Shown here: in pieces, positions 10,948-21,286 of the stretch
How positions within the stretch are numbered: position 1 is the first letter of the stretch
How the letters are laid out: each line of letters begins with the position of its first letter
IMG/VR virus record: IMGVR_UViG_3300027708_000051
Location: 1-64,000 of that record
DNA: 64,000 nt
From: a virus
Strand: one strand, 5' to 3'
Program-made: the position numbers and the translations under genes
Notes under the pieces: model-generated
What the model was told of the DNA's origin: nothing
Seen by the model: the letters and a program-made list of their open reading frames with translations, nothing else
Databases searched by the model: none

Positions 10948-11607
10948 ATGGAAACTAAAGTTTGTTCTAAATGTAAGGTAGAAAAACAAGTTTGTGAATT
11001 CGGTAATTCAAAATTATCAAAAGATGGGTTGTTATATTCTTGTAAAGAGTGTAATAATAAAAGAAGTGTTGATTACCGTAAAAATAATTCTGAAAAAGTT
11101 TTAGAATTAACTAGAAATTGGACTAAAAAAAATCCTGAATGGGTTTATAATCGTCACAAGAAATGGAGAGAAGAAAATCCGGAAAAAGTTAAAGAAATGA
11201 GAGGGAATTGGTTAAATAAAAATCCGGAAAAAAGAAAAGAATATCGTGAAAATTATAAATCAAGAAAACAAGAACAAAGAAAAGATAGGAGAGATAAAGA
11301 CCCTGTTTTTAATTTAACAAACCGGATGAGATGTAGGATATGGAAATATTTAAATATTCTTAAAATTTCCAAAAAAAACAAAACTTTTGACATCGTAGGA
11401 TGTTCTCCGGAATTTTTAAAAGAACATTTAGAAACCCAATTTACGGATGGTATGAGTTGGGATAACAGGAGTGAGTGGCATATTGACCACATCATTCCAT
11501 TATCATCGGCAAAAACAGAAGACGAACTTTATAAGTTGTGTCATTATGAAAATCTTCAACCATTATGGGCTGAGGATAATTTGAAAAAAAGTAACAAAAT
11601 ATTATAG
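10948..11607 (+). CDS. Free-standing HNH endonuclease with N-terminal Zn ribbon (paralog 1)
   Basis: CSKC...CKEC; C-terminal GMSWDN..EWHIDHIIP...HYENLQPLWAEDNLKK. Confidence 0.85.
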   Translation: METKVCSKCKVEKQVCEFGNSKLSKDGLLYSCKECNNKRSVDYRKNNSEKVLELTRNWTKKNPEWVYNRHKKWREENPEKVKEMRGNWLNKNPEKRKEYRENYKSRKQEQRKDRRDKDPVFNLTNRMRCRIWKYLNILKISKKNKTFDIVGCSPEFLKEHLETQFTDGMSWDNRSEWHIDHIIPLSSAKTEDELYKLCHYENLQPLWAEDNLKKSNKIL

Positions 11608-11629
11608 TAACGAATACAAACAAAAACAA

Positions 11630-12634
11630 GTGACTAAAACACTTTTGGTTGACGGAAACAATTTAGTAAAAATTGGATTCCACGGGGTTAAAGATTATTA
11701 TCACAATGGAAAACACATAGGTGCCTTATGGCACTTTGTGAATACCATTAGACGATTCATAGACGAACAAAACTTTGATAAGGTTGTTGTTATGTGGGAC
11801 GGTGATGATAACTCTTCTGCCCGTAAACTTATTTATCCCCAATATAAAGAACAACGTAGAGACAGAGACAACGAGTATAAGTTAGATTCTTTCACTGAAC
11901 AGAAAGAGAGAATCAAACAATACTTGGAGGAATGTTATATAAGACAAATCAACGTAGATAATAACGAAGCGGATGATTTGATTGCTTACTATTGCCAAAT
12001 CTCGGAGAACGAACAAAAGACCATCTATTCGGGGGATAAAGACCTTACTCAACTTATTTCCGATAAGGTGTCGGTATATTATCCAAGAACTAAAGAGACG
12101 TACACACTTGGTAGTAAAATCAAATGTGATTTTTATGAATTTCCGCACGAAAATATTAGAACTTATAAGATATTATCAGGAGACAAATCAGATAATATTG
12201 ATGGAATATATGGGTTAGGTGAGAAAACACTTATTAAGTTTTTTCCTGAGTTGCTTGAGAAACCGGTTTCGATTACCGATATTTTAGAAAAGGCTGAAAT
12301 TCTACTGAAGGAAAATAAAGATAATAAAACACTACAAAATTTATTATCCGGTAAAACTAAGAGTGGTGTTTATGGTGATGAATATTTTGTTATAAACGAA
12401 AAAATCATAAATTTATCAAATCCATTGATTACTGACGATGCTAAAGAACTTGTTGAATTATATTATAAGGAAAGTTTAGACCCTGATGGGAGGGGTTATA
12501 GAAACCTTATCAAGATGATGATGGAAGACGGGTTTTTTAAGTATCTACCGAAGGGGGACGATGCGTGGGTTAATTTTGTTAGACCCTTTATGAAACTAAC
12601 AAGAAAAGAAAAAAGAAATTTTAAAAACAATTAA
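11630..12634 (+). CDS. 5'-3' exonuclease / flap endonuclease (Pol I N-terminal / T4 RNase H family)
   Basis: LLVDGNN, WDG, YKEQR, EADDLIA, SGDKDLTQL, GDKSDNIDGIYGLGEKT. Confidence 0.9.
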   Translation: MTKTLLVDGNNLVKIGFHGVKDYYHNGKHIGALWHFVNTIRRFIDEQNFDKVVVMWDGDDNSSARKLIYPQYKEQRRDRDNEYKLDSFTEQKERIKQYLEECYIRQINVDNNEADDLIAYYCQISENEQKTIYSGDKDLTQLISDKVSVYYPRTKETYTLGSKIKCDFYEFPHENIRTYKILSGDKSDNIDGIYGLGEKTLIKFFPELLEKPVSITDILEKAEILLKENKDNKTLQNLLSGKTKSGVYGDEYFVINEKIINLSNPLITDDAKELVELYYKESLDPDGRGYRNLIKMMMEDGFFKYLPKGDDAWVNFVRPFMKLTRKEKRNFKNN

Positions 12635-12642
12635 TTAAAACT

Positions 12643-13095
12643 ATGAAAGACCAAGAATCGGTAAAATTAGAATTCTTAATGATGGTAAATGACAACATCA
12701 TTGTACAGAGATTTTTTAACGTGAGAGAGTACAACAATGAGGCAAAAAACTCATTGGAACTTTATGATTTACTTCGTGAATTTAAAGACGATATTCAGAC
12801 ACAATTATCATTGAAAACCGTAACGTATATGACGGACAATATGTACGAAATTATTAACAATCCAACTATTTTGGACACGTCTTATACTGACGGGCCAGAG
12901 TACTTCAACATCTTCATCAAACAAAATGATATGACAATTTGTCATAGACAAGTGGACGCTAAAGTATACCCTCCAAAGGTAAGATATACTGTTGATGTAC
13001 GCCCACACCTAAAAAACTTGTTGATGAATTTAACTGACATCTTTTCATCTAAAAATTTAACAAAAAAATATCTAGATGTTACCTTAAGTGTGTAG
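12643..13095 (+). CDS. Hypothetical protein (150 aa)
   Basis: Clean ORF within the replication operon. Confidence 0.7.
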   Translation: MKDQESVKLEFLMMVNDNIIVQRFFNVREYNNEAKNSLELYDLLREFKDDIQTQLSLKTVTYMTDNMYEIINNPTILDTSYTDGPEYFNIFIKQNDMTICHRQVDAKVYPPKVRYTVDVRPHLKNLLMNLTDIFSSKNLTKKYLDVTLSV

Positions 13096-13125
13096 TATTT
13101 ATTAATACACTAAAAGAAAAAATAT

Positions 13126-14508
13126 ATGGCGTCAAACAAAAATTTCGAGTATTTGGGGAGTACCTTTCAGATACAATTATTAAACCAAATCATTATCGAT
13201 AAAGATTTCTCAAGGTCTATTATAGATGTGATTGAAACAAGTTATTTTGAGAATAAATACTTCAAATTAATCATTCAAATGATTAAGGAGTATTACACAA
13301 AATACGAACATACACCAACCTTTGACACCTTAGAACAAATTACAAAATCTGAGATACAACAACCTCTAGCGGCAAAAATCATTATTGATACCCTTACAAA
13401 AGTTAAGGAGTCTACGCTTGAAGGGGCTGAGTTTGTACAAGAAAAATCAATGAAATTCTGTAAGCAACAAGAGTTACAAAAAGTAATGGTTAAAGCTCAA
13501 AAAATTATCGATACTGGTGAATTTGAGAGTTATGACACATTAGAGGAGATGGTAAGTAAAGCTCTTCAAGTAGGAGAACACGATAAGGGAACTGAAAGTG
13601 TTTTCAGTAACTTAGATGATGTTTTAAATGAGGATTATCGTCATCCAATACCAATGGGTATTCCGGGTATAGATAGACTCTTAAAAGGTGGGTTGGCTAA
13701 AGGTGAAATCGGTGTAGTATTAGCACCAACAGGCGTTGGTAAATCAACTTTACTAACAAAAATCTCAAATCACGCATTTAATTTGGGGTACAATGTTTTA
13801 CAAATATTCTTTGAGGATAACCCAAAGATTATACAACGTAAACACATTACATTATGGACAAAAATTCACCCTGACGATTTGTCATTAAGAAAAGATGAGG
13901 TAATGGAAAAAGTTAAGAATGTTAAGGAAACTATGACTAACCAACTTATCCTTAAAAAACTACCATCTGATACTGTGACGATGATGCAAATTAAGAACCA
14001 AATCAGAAAAATGATTTCTGAAGGAATTAAAATTGATATGGTATTATTGGACTACATTGATTGTGTTGTTCCGGATAAAAACTTGGGTGATGAATGGAAA
14101 TCTGAGGGTTCTGTTATGAGAGGTTTTGAATCTATGTGTCACGAACTTGACTTGGTAGGATGGACAGCAACTCAGGGTAATAGAAGTTCAATATCTTCGG
14201 ATGTTGTAACAACCGACCAAATGGGTGGGTCTATTAAAAAAGCTCAGGTTGGACACGTAATTATTTCCGTGGCTAAATCTCTACAACAAAAAGAGATGAA
14301 ATTAGCAACAATTGCAATTACTAAATCACGTATTGGTGATGATGGTGTTGTATTTGAGAATTGTAAATTTGATAACGGTATGTTGGAGATTGATACAGAG
14401 AGTTCAGTGACTTTCTTAGGATTAGAAGAACAAACCGAAGAAAGAAACAGACAAAGAATCAAAGACTTGTTAGACAAAAGAAAACAAAAAGAACAAACAC
14501 AAAATTAA
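13126..14508 (+). CDS. Replicative DNA helicase, DnaB / T4 gp41-like
   Basis: Walker [28 protein letters not shown]. Confidence 0.9.
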   Translation: MASNKNFEYLGSTFQIQLLNQIIIDKDFSRSIIDVIETSYFENKYFKLIIQMIKEYYTKYEHTPTFDTLEQITKSEIQQPLAAKIIIDTLTKVKESTLEGAEFVQEKSMKFCKQQELQKVMVKAQKIIDTGEFESYDTLEEMVSKALQVGEHDKGTESVFSNLDDVLNEDYRHPIPMGIPGIDRLLKGGLAKGEIGVVLAPTGVGKSTLLTKISNHAFNLGYNVLQIFFEDNPKIIQRKHITLWTKIHPDDLSLRKDEVMEKVKNVKETMTNQLILKKLPSDTVTMMQIKNQIRKMISEGIKIDMVLLDYIDCVVPDKNLGDEWKSEGSVMRGFESMCHELDLVGWTATQGNRSSISSDVVTTDQMGGSIKKAQVGHVIISVAKSLQQKEMKLATIAITKSRIGDDGVVFENCKFDNGMLEIDTESSVTFLGLEEQTEERNRQRIKDLLDKRKQKEQTQN

Positions 14509-14515
14509 TTTAAAA

Positions 14516-15466
14516 ATGAAAGAAAAAATATTAGAACCAAATAATGACCGATTTGTTATTTTCCCTATTGAACATAATGATATATGGGAATTTTACAAAC
14601 AACATCAAGCCGCTTTTTGGACGGCTGAAGAAGTAGATTTATCTAACGACATTAGAGATTGGGAAAACCTATCTGACAATGAAAGATATTTCCTTAAAAA
14701 TATATTAGCGTTCTTCGCAGCGTCTGATGGTATTGTAAATGAAAACTTGGCTGAGAATTTCTTAAAAGAGGTTCAATATGCAGAAGCAAAGTTCTTTTAC
14801 GGATTCCAAATTATGATGGAGAACATTCACTCATTAATGTATTCATTGTTGATTGATACATATGTGTCTGATGATAAAGAGAAAGATGAATGTTTCCACG
14901 CTATTGATAGATTGCCGGCAGTTCAAAAGAAAGCTAAATGGGCTCTTGATTGGATTGAGAACGCTTCTTTTCAAGAAAGATTAGTTGCGTTCGCAGCGGT
15001 TGAAGGAATTTTCTTTTCAGGTTCATTCTGTTCTATTTTTTGGATGAAATCAAGAGGAATTATGCAAGGATTGTGTAATGCTAATAGTCTTATCTTTAAA
15101 GATGAGAATTTACACTGTGATTTTGCAATTCATTTGATTAACAATCACGTTGAGAACAAACCAACAGAAAAAAGAATCAAAGAAATCTTACTTTCTGCAT
15201 TAGAGATTGAAAAAGAATTTATTACTGAATCATTACCGGTATCTTTAATTGGTATGAATTCTAACTTAATGAAACAATACCTTGAGTTTGTTACTGATGG
15301 GTTATTAGTTAAATTTGGATGTAAAAAACACTTTAATGTGGAACAACCATTTAAATTTATGGAACAGATTGCTGTTGAAACAAAAGGTAACTTCTTTGAA
15401 TCAAGAACAATGGAGTATCAAAAGGCCAAGTTAGGCGAGTCATTAACATTTACGGAGGATTTTTAA
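14516..15466 (+). CDS. nrdB: Ribonucleotide reductase class Ia beta subunit
   Basis: [49 protein letters not shown]. Confidence 0.95.
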   Translation: MKEKILEPNNDRFVIFPIEHNDIWEFYKQHQAAFWTAEEVDLSNDIRDWENLSDNERYFLKNILAFFAASDGIVNENLAENFLKEVQYAEAKFFYGFQIMMENIHSLMYSLLIDTYVSDDKEKDECFHAIDRLPAVQKKAKWALDWIENASFQERLVAFAAVEGIFFSGSFCSIFWMKSRGIMQGLCNANSLIFKDENLHCDFAIHLINNHVENKPTEKRIKEILLSALEIEKEFITESLPVSLIGMNSNLMKQYLEFVTDGLLVKFGCKKHFNVEQPFKFMEQIAVETKGNFFESRTMEYQKAKLGESLTFTEDF

Positions 15467-15467
15467 T

Positions 15468-17882
15468 ATGATGTCATTAAAGATAAGAAAAAGAGGGGGT
15501 GACGAAGTTTCTTTCAACCCCCAAAAAATTTATAATAGAGTTAAACGTGCCGCAAGAGGATTAAACGTAAACGCGGATGAGGTATTCATTAAGGTGATTA
15601 CTTCAGTTCCAACAGAGGGTGTTATTACAACCAAAGAGTTGGATAAATTAGTTTACGAGATTGCTGCGGCATATACCGGAAGTCATCACGATTATTCAAG
15701 ATTGGCATCTTCTGTTGCTATTTCTGCATATCACAAAGAAACGGATGATAGTTTTTGTAACACAATGCACACATTACACGTTGATGGTATTATTAACGAT
15801 AAGTTAATGGAAACTATTGAACAGTATGGTGTAGATAATATTGATTCTGTAATAAATCACGAAAATGATTACAATTTTGATTATTTTGCGTGGAAATCAT
15901 TATCAGAAATGTATTTGTTGAAAACTCCGGAAGGTAGAGTAATTGAAAGACCTCAACATATGTATATGAGAGTTGCTTTATGGGTAACTAAATCATTTGA
16001 AGAGGCGGTTGAATATTACAATTCATTATCAAACCAACTTATTTCTCCGGCAACACCAATTATGATTAATGCGGGTACTAAAACACCTCAACTAGCATCT
16101 TGTGTGTTAAAATACAACCACGGGGATTCTCGTAATGGGTTGTTACAAACATTAAACGACATTTCAACTTATTCATCAGACGCTGCCGGTATTGGATTAT
16201 GTATGTCTAATATTCGTAGTAAAGAAAGTCGTATTAATTCATCAGGTGGATTTGCCGGTGGATTGTTGAAGTATCTTAAAATAGTAAATGAATCATTACG
16301 GTTCTTTAACCAACAAGGAAGAAGACCGGGAAGTGCCGCTATCTACATTGAACCTTGGCACAAGGATATTATAGATTTATTGGATATTAAGAAGAATACA
16401 GGTGCTGAGGAGTTAAGAGCAAGAGATTTATTTACATCTATATGGTTACCGGACAACTTTATGAATGCGGTTAAAGATAATAAGGATTGGTATTTGTTCT
16501 GTCCTAATGATATTATCAAAGCGGGTATCAAACCATTACAGGAAACTTATGGTGATGAATATGAAGATAACTACAACAAAGCGGTTGAGCTTGGACTTGG
16601 TAAAAAAGTAAAAGCACAAACAATTTGGAATAAAATTATTGAATCTCAAGTTGAAACAGGTGTTCCTTATTTATGTTCTAAGGATAGTGCGAACAGAAAA
16701 ACTAATCATCAAAACATTGGGGTGATTAAACAATCTAACTTATGTAATGAGATTTACCAATATACTGATGAAGAAACTACGGCTATCTGTACTCTATCTT
16801 CTATGGTATTGAAAAACTTTATTGTTAAAGGTGAATTTGATTTCAAATTACTGTATAGTGAGGTTAGAAAAGTTGTTAGAGCACTTAACAAAGTTGTTGA
16901 TATTAATAGTTACTCAACTGAACAAGGTAGAAAAGGTGGTTTAGAACAAAGAGCAATTGCTATTGGAACACAAGGTCTTGCTGACGTATTTTATTTAATG
17001 GATTACATATTCACATCTGAAGAGGCAAGAAAGTTAAACAAAGAAATCTTTGAAACTATCTATTTTGCGGCAATCACTGAGAGTATGGAGTTATGTAAAT
17101 CGGGTGAATATAAACCATACGAATTCTTTAAAAATTCTCCAATGTCAAAAGGAATATTCCAATTTGATATGTGGGGATTAGATTACGAAGGGTTAAGTAG
17201 AATGTGGGATTGGGACTCACTTAAATTAGAAGTTTCCAATCACGGGGTTTGTAACTCGTTATTTACTGCTCAGATGCCAGTAGCGTCTTCTGCTAAAATT
17301 ACAGGTTCATTTGAGATGACAGAACCGGCTCACTCGGCATTATTTAATCGTCGTGTAGTTGGTGGGGAAATCTTAATTGTTAACAAATACTTAATTACTG
17401 ATTTTGAGAAAGTAGGTATTTGGTGTGAGGATTTAAAAAATGAAATCATTATGAATGAAGGTTCGGTTCAAAATATCAATTTCAATCATTATCTTGATGT
17501 TGAGGATAAAAACTACAACAAAAAAGTTAAGAGAATTGAACATTTAATTCCAAAGTATAAAACAATTTGGGAGATATCTCAAAGAGAACTTATTGATATG
17601 GCGGCTGACAGAGCACCATTTATTGACCAATCACAATCTATGAATATCTATATGTCAAACCCAACATTGTCAAAGATTTCGTCATCACACTTTCACTCTT
17701 GGGGTAGAGGATTGAAAACTCTTTGTTATTATGTTAGAACAAAGGCGATATCAACCGGAGCAAAACACTTGGCGGTGGATATCTCAAAAGTAGGTCAACC
17801 AAAACCAATTGAGAAACCAACGGTTGAATTAACACAAAAACCTTCGGATTCCGAGTTTGAGTGTTTCGGATGTGGTTCTTAA
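15468..17882 (+). CDS. nrdA: Ribonucleotide reductase class Ia alpha subunit with ATP cone
   Basis: N-terminal ATP cone, ERPQH, SPATP, QLASC, QSNLCNEI, MPVASS, DQSQS, C-terminal CFGC. Confidence 0.95.
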   Translation: MMSLKIRKRGGDEVSFNPQKIYNRVKRAARGLNVNADEVFIKVITSVPTEGVITTKELDKLVYEIAAAYTGSHHDYSRLASSVAISAYHKETDDSFCNTMHTLHVDGIINDKLMETIEQYGVDNIDSVINHENDYNFDYFAWKSLSEMYLLKTPEGRVIERPQHMYMRVALWVTKSFEEAVEYYNSLSNQLISPATPIMINAGTKTPQLASCVLKYNHGDSRNGLLQTLNDISTYSSDAAGIGLCMSNIRSKESRINSSGGFAGGLLKYLKIVNESLRFFNQQGRRPGSAAIYIEPWHKDIIDLLDIKKNTGAEELRARDLFTSIWLPDNFMNAVKDNKDWYLFCPNDIIKAGIKPLQETYGDEYEDNYNKAVELGLGKKVKAQTIWNKIIESQVETGVPYLCSKDSANRKTNHQNIGVIKQSNLCNEIYQYTDEETTAICTLSSMVLKNFIVKGEFDFKLLYSEVRKVVRALNKVVDINSYSTEQGRKGGLEQRAIAIGTQGLADVFYLMDYIFTSEEARKLNKEIFETIYFAAITESMELCKSGEYKPYEFFKNSPMSKGIFQFDMWGLDYEGLSRMWDWDSLKLEVSNHGVCNSLFTAQMPVASSAKITGSFEMTEPAHSALFNRRVVGGEILIVNKYLITDFEKVGIWCEDLKNEIIMNEGSVQNINFNHYLDVEDKNYNKKVKRIEHLIPKYKTIWEISQRELIDMAADRAPFIDQSQSMNIYMSNPTLSKISSSHFHSWGRGLKTLCYYVRTKAISTGAKHLAVDISKVGQPKPIEKPTVELTQKPSDSEFECFGCGS

Positions 17883-17891
17883 TAAGAATAT

Positions 17892-17923
17892 AAATCACGG
17901 CTTAGGTCGTGATTTTTTATTTT
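17892..17923 (+). terminator. Intrinsic terminator with cUUAGg loop
   Basis: AAATCACGGC-TTAG-GTCGTGATTT plus U tract, after nrdA. Confidence 0.8.
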
Positions 17924-17966
17924 GGGGGTATTTATAAAAAATAATGACGACACTATATTTATAGTT

Positions 17967-18425
17967 ATGGCAGATGGAACAACATATGGTTTAACTTTTC
18001 CCTTCAGAGATTCTTTTGATGGGAAATATTTAGATTTATCAAGTTATAATGACCAAGAAATTAGGTCTAATTTGATACATCTTTTATTATCTAAAAAAGG
18101 TAGTAGATATTATTTACCTGATTTTGGAACAAGATTATATGAATTTATATTTGAGCCATTAGACGGACCAACTTTTTCTGAAATAGAAACTGAAATAAGA
18201 GAATCTGCCGGAGTGTATTTACCGGGAATAAGAATAACTAATATTTCAATTACTGCGGCATCAGATGGTGATGAAGATAAAGGTAGTTATATAAACGATA
18301 ATGATGAAAGAGTATTTCGTGTACCTAACATCTCAAATAATGAACATACTGCAAAAGTTAAAATTGATTATATCATTAATGATGATGTGTTTAATAGTAG
18401 CGATTTTGTAATTATTAATATATAA
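17967..18425 (+). CDS. Baseplate wedge subunit, gp25/GPW family
   Basis: IRSNLIHLLLSKKGSRYYLPDFGTRLYEFIFEP is the gp25 signature; ATG 17967 preferred over TTG 17922 (TATTTATA 3 nt upstream). Confidence 0.85.
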   Translation: MADGTTYGLTFPFRDSFDGKYLDLSSYNDQEIRSNLIHLLLSKKGSRYYLPDFGTRLYEFIFEPLDGPTFSEIETEIRESAGVYLPGIRITNISITAASDGDEDKGSYINDNDERVFRVPNISNNEHTAKVKIDYIINDDVFNSSDFVIINI

Positions 18426-18429
18426 AATT

Positions 18430-20268
18430 ATGGCAAACAAAAAAATTTCCTATACTACAAGAGATTTCCAATCAATTAGAACAGAGTTAATCAACTTTAC
18501 AAAAACTTATTACCCTGACACTATTCAAAACTTTAATGATGCGTCAGTATTTTCAGTATTGTTGGATTTAAATGCTGCGGTAACTGACAATTTACAATTT
18601 AATATTGATAGAAGTATCCAAGAAACGGTCCTTCAATATGCACAACAAAGGTCATCAATTTTTAATATTGCAAAAACTTACGGATTAAAAGTTCCGGGAA
18701 TGAGACCATCAGTTGCTTTAGTTGATTTTTCAATTACAGTTCCTGCTTATGGTGATAAAGAAGATTTAAGATATTGTGGTATTTTAAGGAGAGGTTCTCA
18801 AGTCAATGGAGCGGGTCAAGTATTTGAAACTGTTTATGATATTGATTTTGCGTCACCAATAAATGCGGAGGGGTATCCTAATAGATTAAAGATTCCTAAT
18901 TTTGATTCAAATAACAAATTATTAAATTATACCATAACTAAAAGAGAAACGGTTGTTAATGGAACAACTAAAGTATTCAAAAAAGTAATTACACCAAATG
19001 ATGTTAGACCTTTCTACGAATTATTTTTACCTGATAAAAACGTGTTAGGGGTGACTAGTGTATTATTAAAAGATAGTACACAATATACGAATATCCCGTC
19101 TGTACAAGAGTTTTTAGGATTAGATAACAGATGGTATGAAGTGGATTCTTTGGCGGAAGACAGAGTATTTGTTGAAGACCCAACCAAAGTATCTGACGCT
19201 CCGGGAATTAAAGTTGGAAAATATTTACAAGTTAGTGATAAATTTATTACAGAATTTACACCTGAAGGATTTTTAAAAATGACTTTTGGTGGTGGTTCTC
19301 AATCGGCTGATGAACAATTAAGAGAATTTGCGAGAGATGGTTACCAATTAAATTTATACAAATACTCAAACAATTTGGCTTTAGGTAGTTCATTGAAGGC
19401 AAATACAACATTATTTGTTCAGTATAGAGTCGGTGGTGGTGTTGGTAGTAATATTGGTGTTAATGCAATTACTCAAATAGGTACTGTTTCATTCTTTGTT
19501 AATGGACCTTCAGATAGTGTTAATACAACTGTAGTTAATTCATTAAGATGTACCAATGTGACTGCGGCTATTGGTGGAGCGGGATTTCCAACTACAGAAG
19601 AAGTTAGAAATTTGGTTGCATACAATTTCTCGGCACAAAAAAGAGCTGTAACTGTTAACGACTATGAATCAATAATTAGAACAATGCCGTCACAATTTGG
19701 TGCACCGGCTAAAGTATCTATTACTGAAAATAATAATAAAATTATTGTTCAAATGTTATCTTATGATGAAACAGGTAGATTAACTGAAGTTATATCTAAC
19801 ACATTAAAAAACAATGTGGCTAACTATCTTTCAAACTATCGTATGATAAATGATTATGTTTCTATTCAAAGTGCTAATGTTATTGATTTAAGTTTTAATA
19901 TTGACGTTGTTTTAGATAATACTCAGAATCAAGGAACTGTAATATCTCAAATTATTACTATCGTTTCAAATTATTTTGACCCGGCAAATAGACATATGGG
20001 TGAAAATGTTAATATATCTGAATTAAGACGACAAATACAAAGTGAAAATGGGGTAATTTCATTATCTGATATTCAAGTTTTCAATCAAGTGGGGGGACAA
20101 TATTCATCTTCACAAACATCTCAAAGATATATTGATTCTACAACAAAACAAATTGAATTGATTGACGATACTATTTTTGCGGAACCAAATCAAACTTATC
20201 AGGTTAAATATCCTAATAAAGATATTAATATTAGAGTTAAAAATTTAAAAACCGTTAACTTCTCTTGA
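18430..20268 (+). CDS. Baseplate wedge protein, T4 gp6 / baseplate J-like
   Basis: YTTRDFQSIRTEL, FGGG, YRVGGG..SN, AAIGG, QKRAVTVNDYE; follows gp25. Confidence 0.85.
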   Translation: MANKKISYTTRDFQSIRTELINFTKTYYPDTIQNFNDASVFSVLLDLNAAVTDNLQFNIDRSIQETVLQYAQQRSSIFNIAKTYGLKVPGMRPSVALVDFSITVPAYGDKEDLRYCGILRRGSQVNGAGQVFETVYDIDFASPINAEGYPNRLKIPNFDSNNKLLNYTITKRETVVNGTTKVFKKVITPNDVRPFYELFLPDKNVLGVTSVLLKDSTQYTNIPSVQEFLGLDNRWYEVDSLAEDRVFVEDPTKVSDAPGIKVGKYLQVSDKFITEFTPEGFLKMTFGGGSQSADEQLREFARDGYQLNLYKYSNNLALGSSLKANTTLFVQYRVGGGVGSNIGVNAITQIGTVSFFVNGPSDSVNTTVVNSLRCTNVTAAIGGAGFPTTEEVRNLVAYNFSAQKRAVTVNDYESIIRTMPSQFGAPAKVSITENNNKIIVQMLSYDETGRLTEVISNTLKNNVANYLSNYRMINDYVSIQSANVIDLSFNIDVVLDNTQNQGTVISQIITIVSNYFDPANRHMGENVNISELRRQIQSENGVISLSDIQVFNQVGGQYSSSQTSQRYIDSTTKQIELIDDTIFAEPNQTYQVKYPNKDINIRVKNLKTVNFS

Positions 20269-20299
20269 TAGAGTTATATTAGTTACTTATTTTTAGAGA

Positions 20300-21211
20300 A
20301 TGGAGGTATTATCTAATTTTCTTGAAATAATTAAAGGTAATAATGGGACGTGGGCTCAGGCAATTTTTAATGGGTTAATTTTAAATATTAAATTTATTCT
20401 TGGATTAGTTATTCTTATTTATTTTATTAAAAAACTAAATAAAATAAAATCATTTGAAGCTTTTATAGTTTTGATTTCTCTTCTTTTTATGATTAGTGAA
20501 TGTCGTTTATTTTATGATAGACGAAAATTAGAAATTTTACACAATGAAGTTTCTTATTATAATCAAAACACTGAAAATTTAGTAATTGTTGTTCAAGGGG
20601 CTAATAACCCATTCACAGACGCTATAAATTATAATAAAACACAAGTTGATTTTACAAAATCCCGAGATATTGATGGGTTAGGGTTAATTGAGGGTAAATT
20701 AAATACTTCAACAACAAAAGTAATTACTTATGTTGGGACACATAGTTATACTTTAACACCGGAAGATGTATATGAAACGGTATATTATTTCAGATTATTT
20801 AAACCTAAAGGTAAAATAATTTTAGTTGGTCATAGTGTTGGTGGTTATGGTTTAACTGAAGTGTTAGATAAATTAAATATTAATAATGTTTCTGTTGATT
20901 TAGTAATATTTTTAGATAATGCTAATAAATTGTACAACAATTTTGATTATAAAGTAAAATCTAATGTTAACTATGTAATTAATTTTACATCACCAAAATG
21001 GGCTGACAATTTTTATTTTTTCACTAATGCGGGTGGTAGGGTTAGTAGAGATAATAAAAATAACGTTACTGATATTTTTAATTTAGAAATTCCTAAAACA
21101 ACACATACAAGTATTGATAATAAAATACCAAATGATATCTCAAATATTATTTATGATTACGTAAATAATGACTCTAATCCAATCAATTTTACTAAAAAAT
21201 ATAAGTTTTAA
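20300..21211 (+). CDS. Membrane-anchored alpha/beta hydrolase (lipase/esterase-like)
   Basis: Two N-terminal hydrophobic helices; VVQGA oxyanion loop; nucleophile elbow LVGHSVGG (20828-20842); VDLVIFLD; C-terminal THTSID His. Confidence 0.7.
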   Translation: MEVLSNFLEIIKGNNGTWAQAIFNGLILNIKFILGLVILIYFIKKLNKIKSFEAFIVLISLLFMISECRLFYDRRKLEILHNEVSYYNQNTENLVIVVQGANNPFTDAINYNKTQVDFTKSRDIDGLGLIEGKLNTSTTKVITYVGTHSYTLTPEDVYETVYYFRLFKPKGKIILVGHSVGGYGLTEVLDKLNINNVSVDLVIFLDNANKLYNNFDYKVKSNVNYVINFTSPKWADNFYFFTNAGGRVSRDNKNNVTDIFNLEIPKTTHTSIDNKIPNDISNIIYDYVNNDSNPINFTKKYKF

Positions 21212-21286
21212 TCATAATTTATTTTTAAAAATTATGAATTATCTTTTAAAAATAGTGTATAAACTATTTATTTAAAAAGATAAAAA

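Noticed and set aside
9941-17882. Introns or inteins in uvsX, helicase, nrdB or nrdA
   Set aside because: ORFs are uninterrupted and of normal length with no intein or LAGLIDADG motifs; the HNH is free-standing
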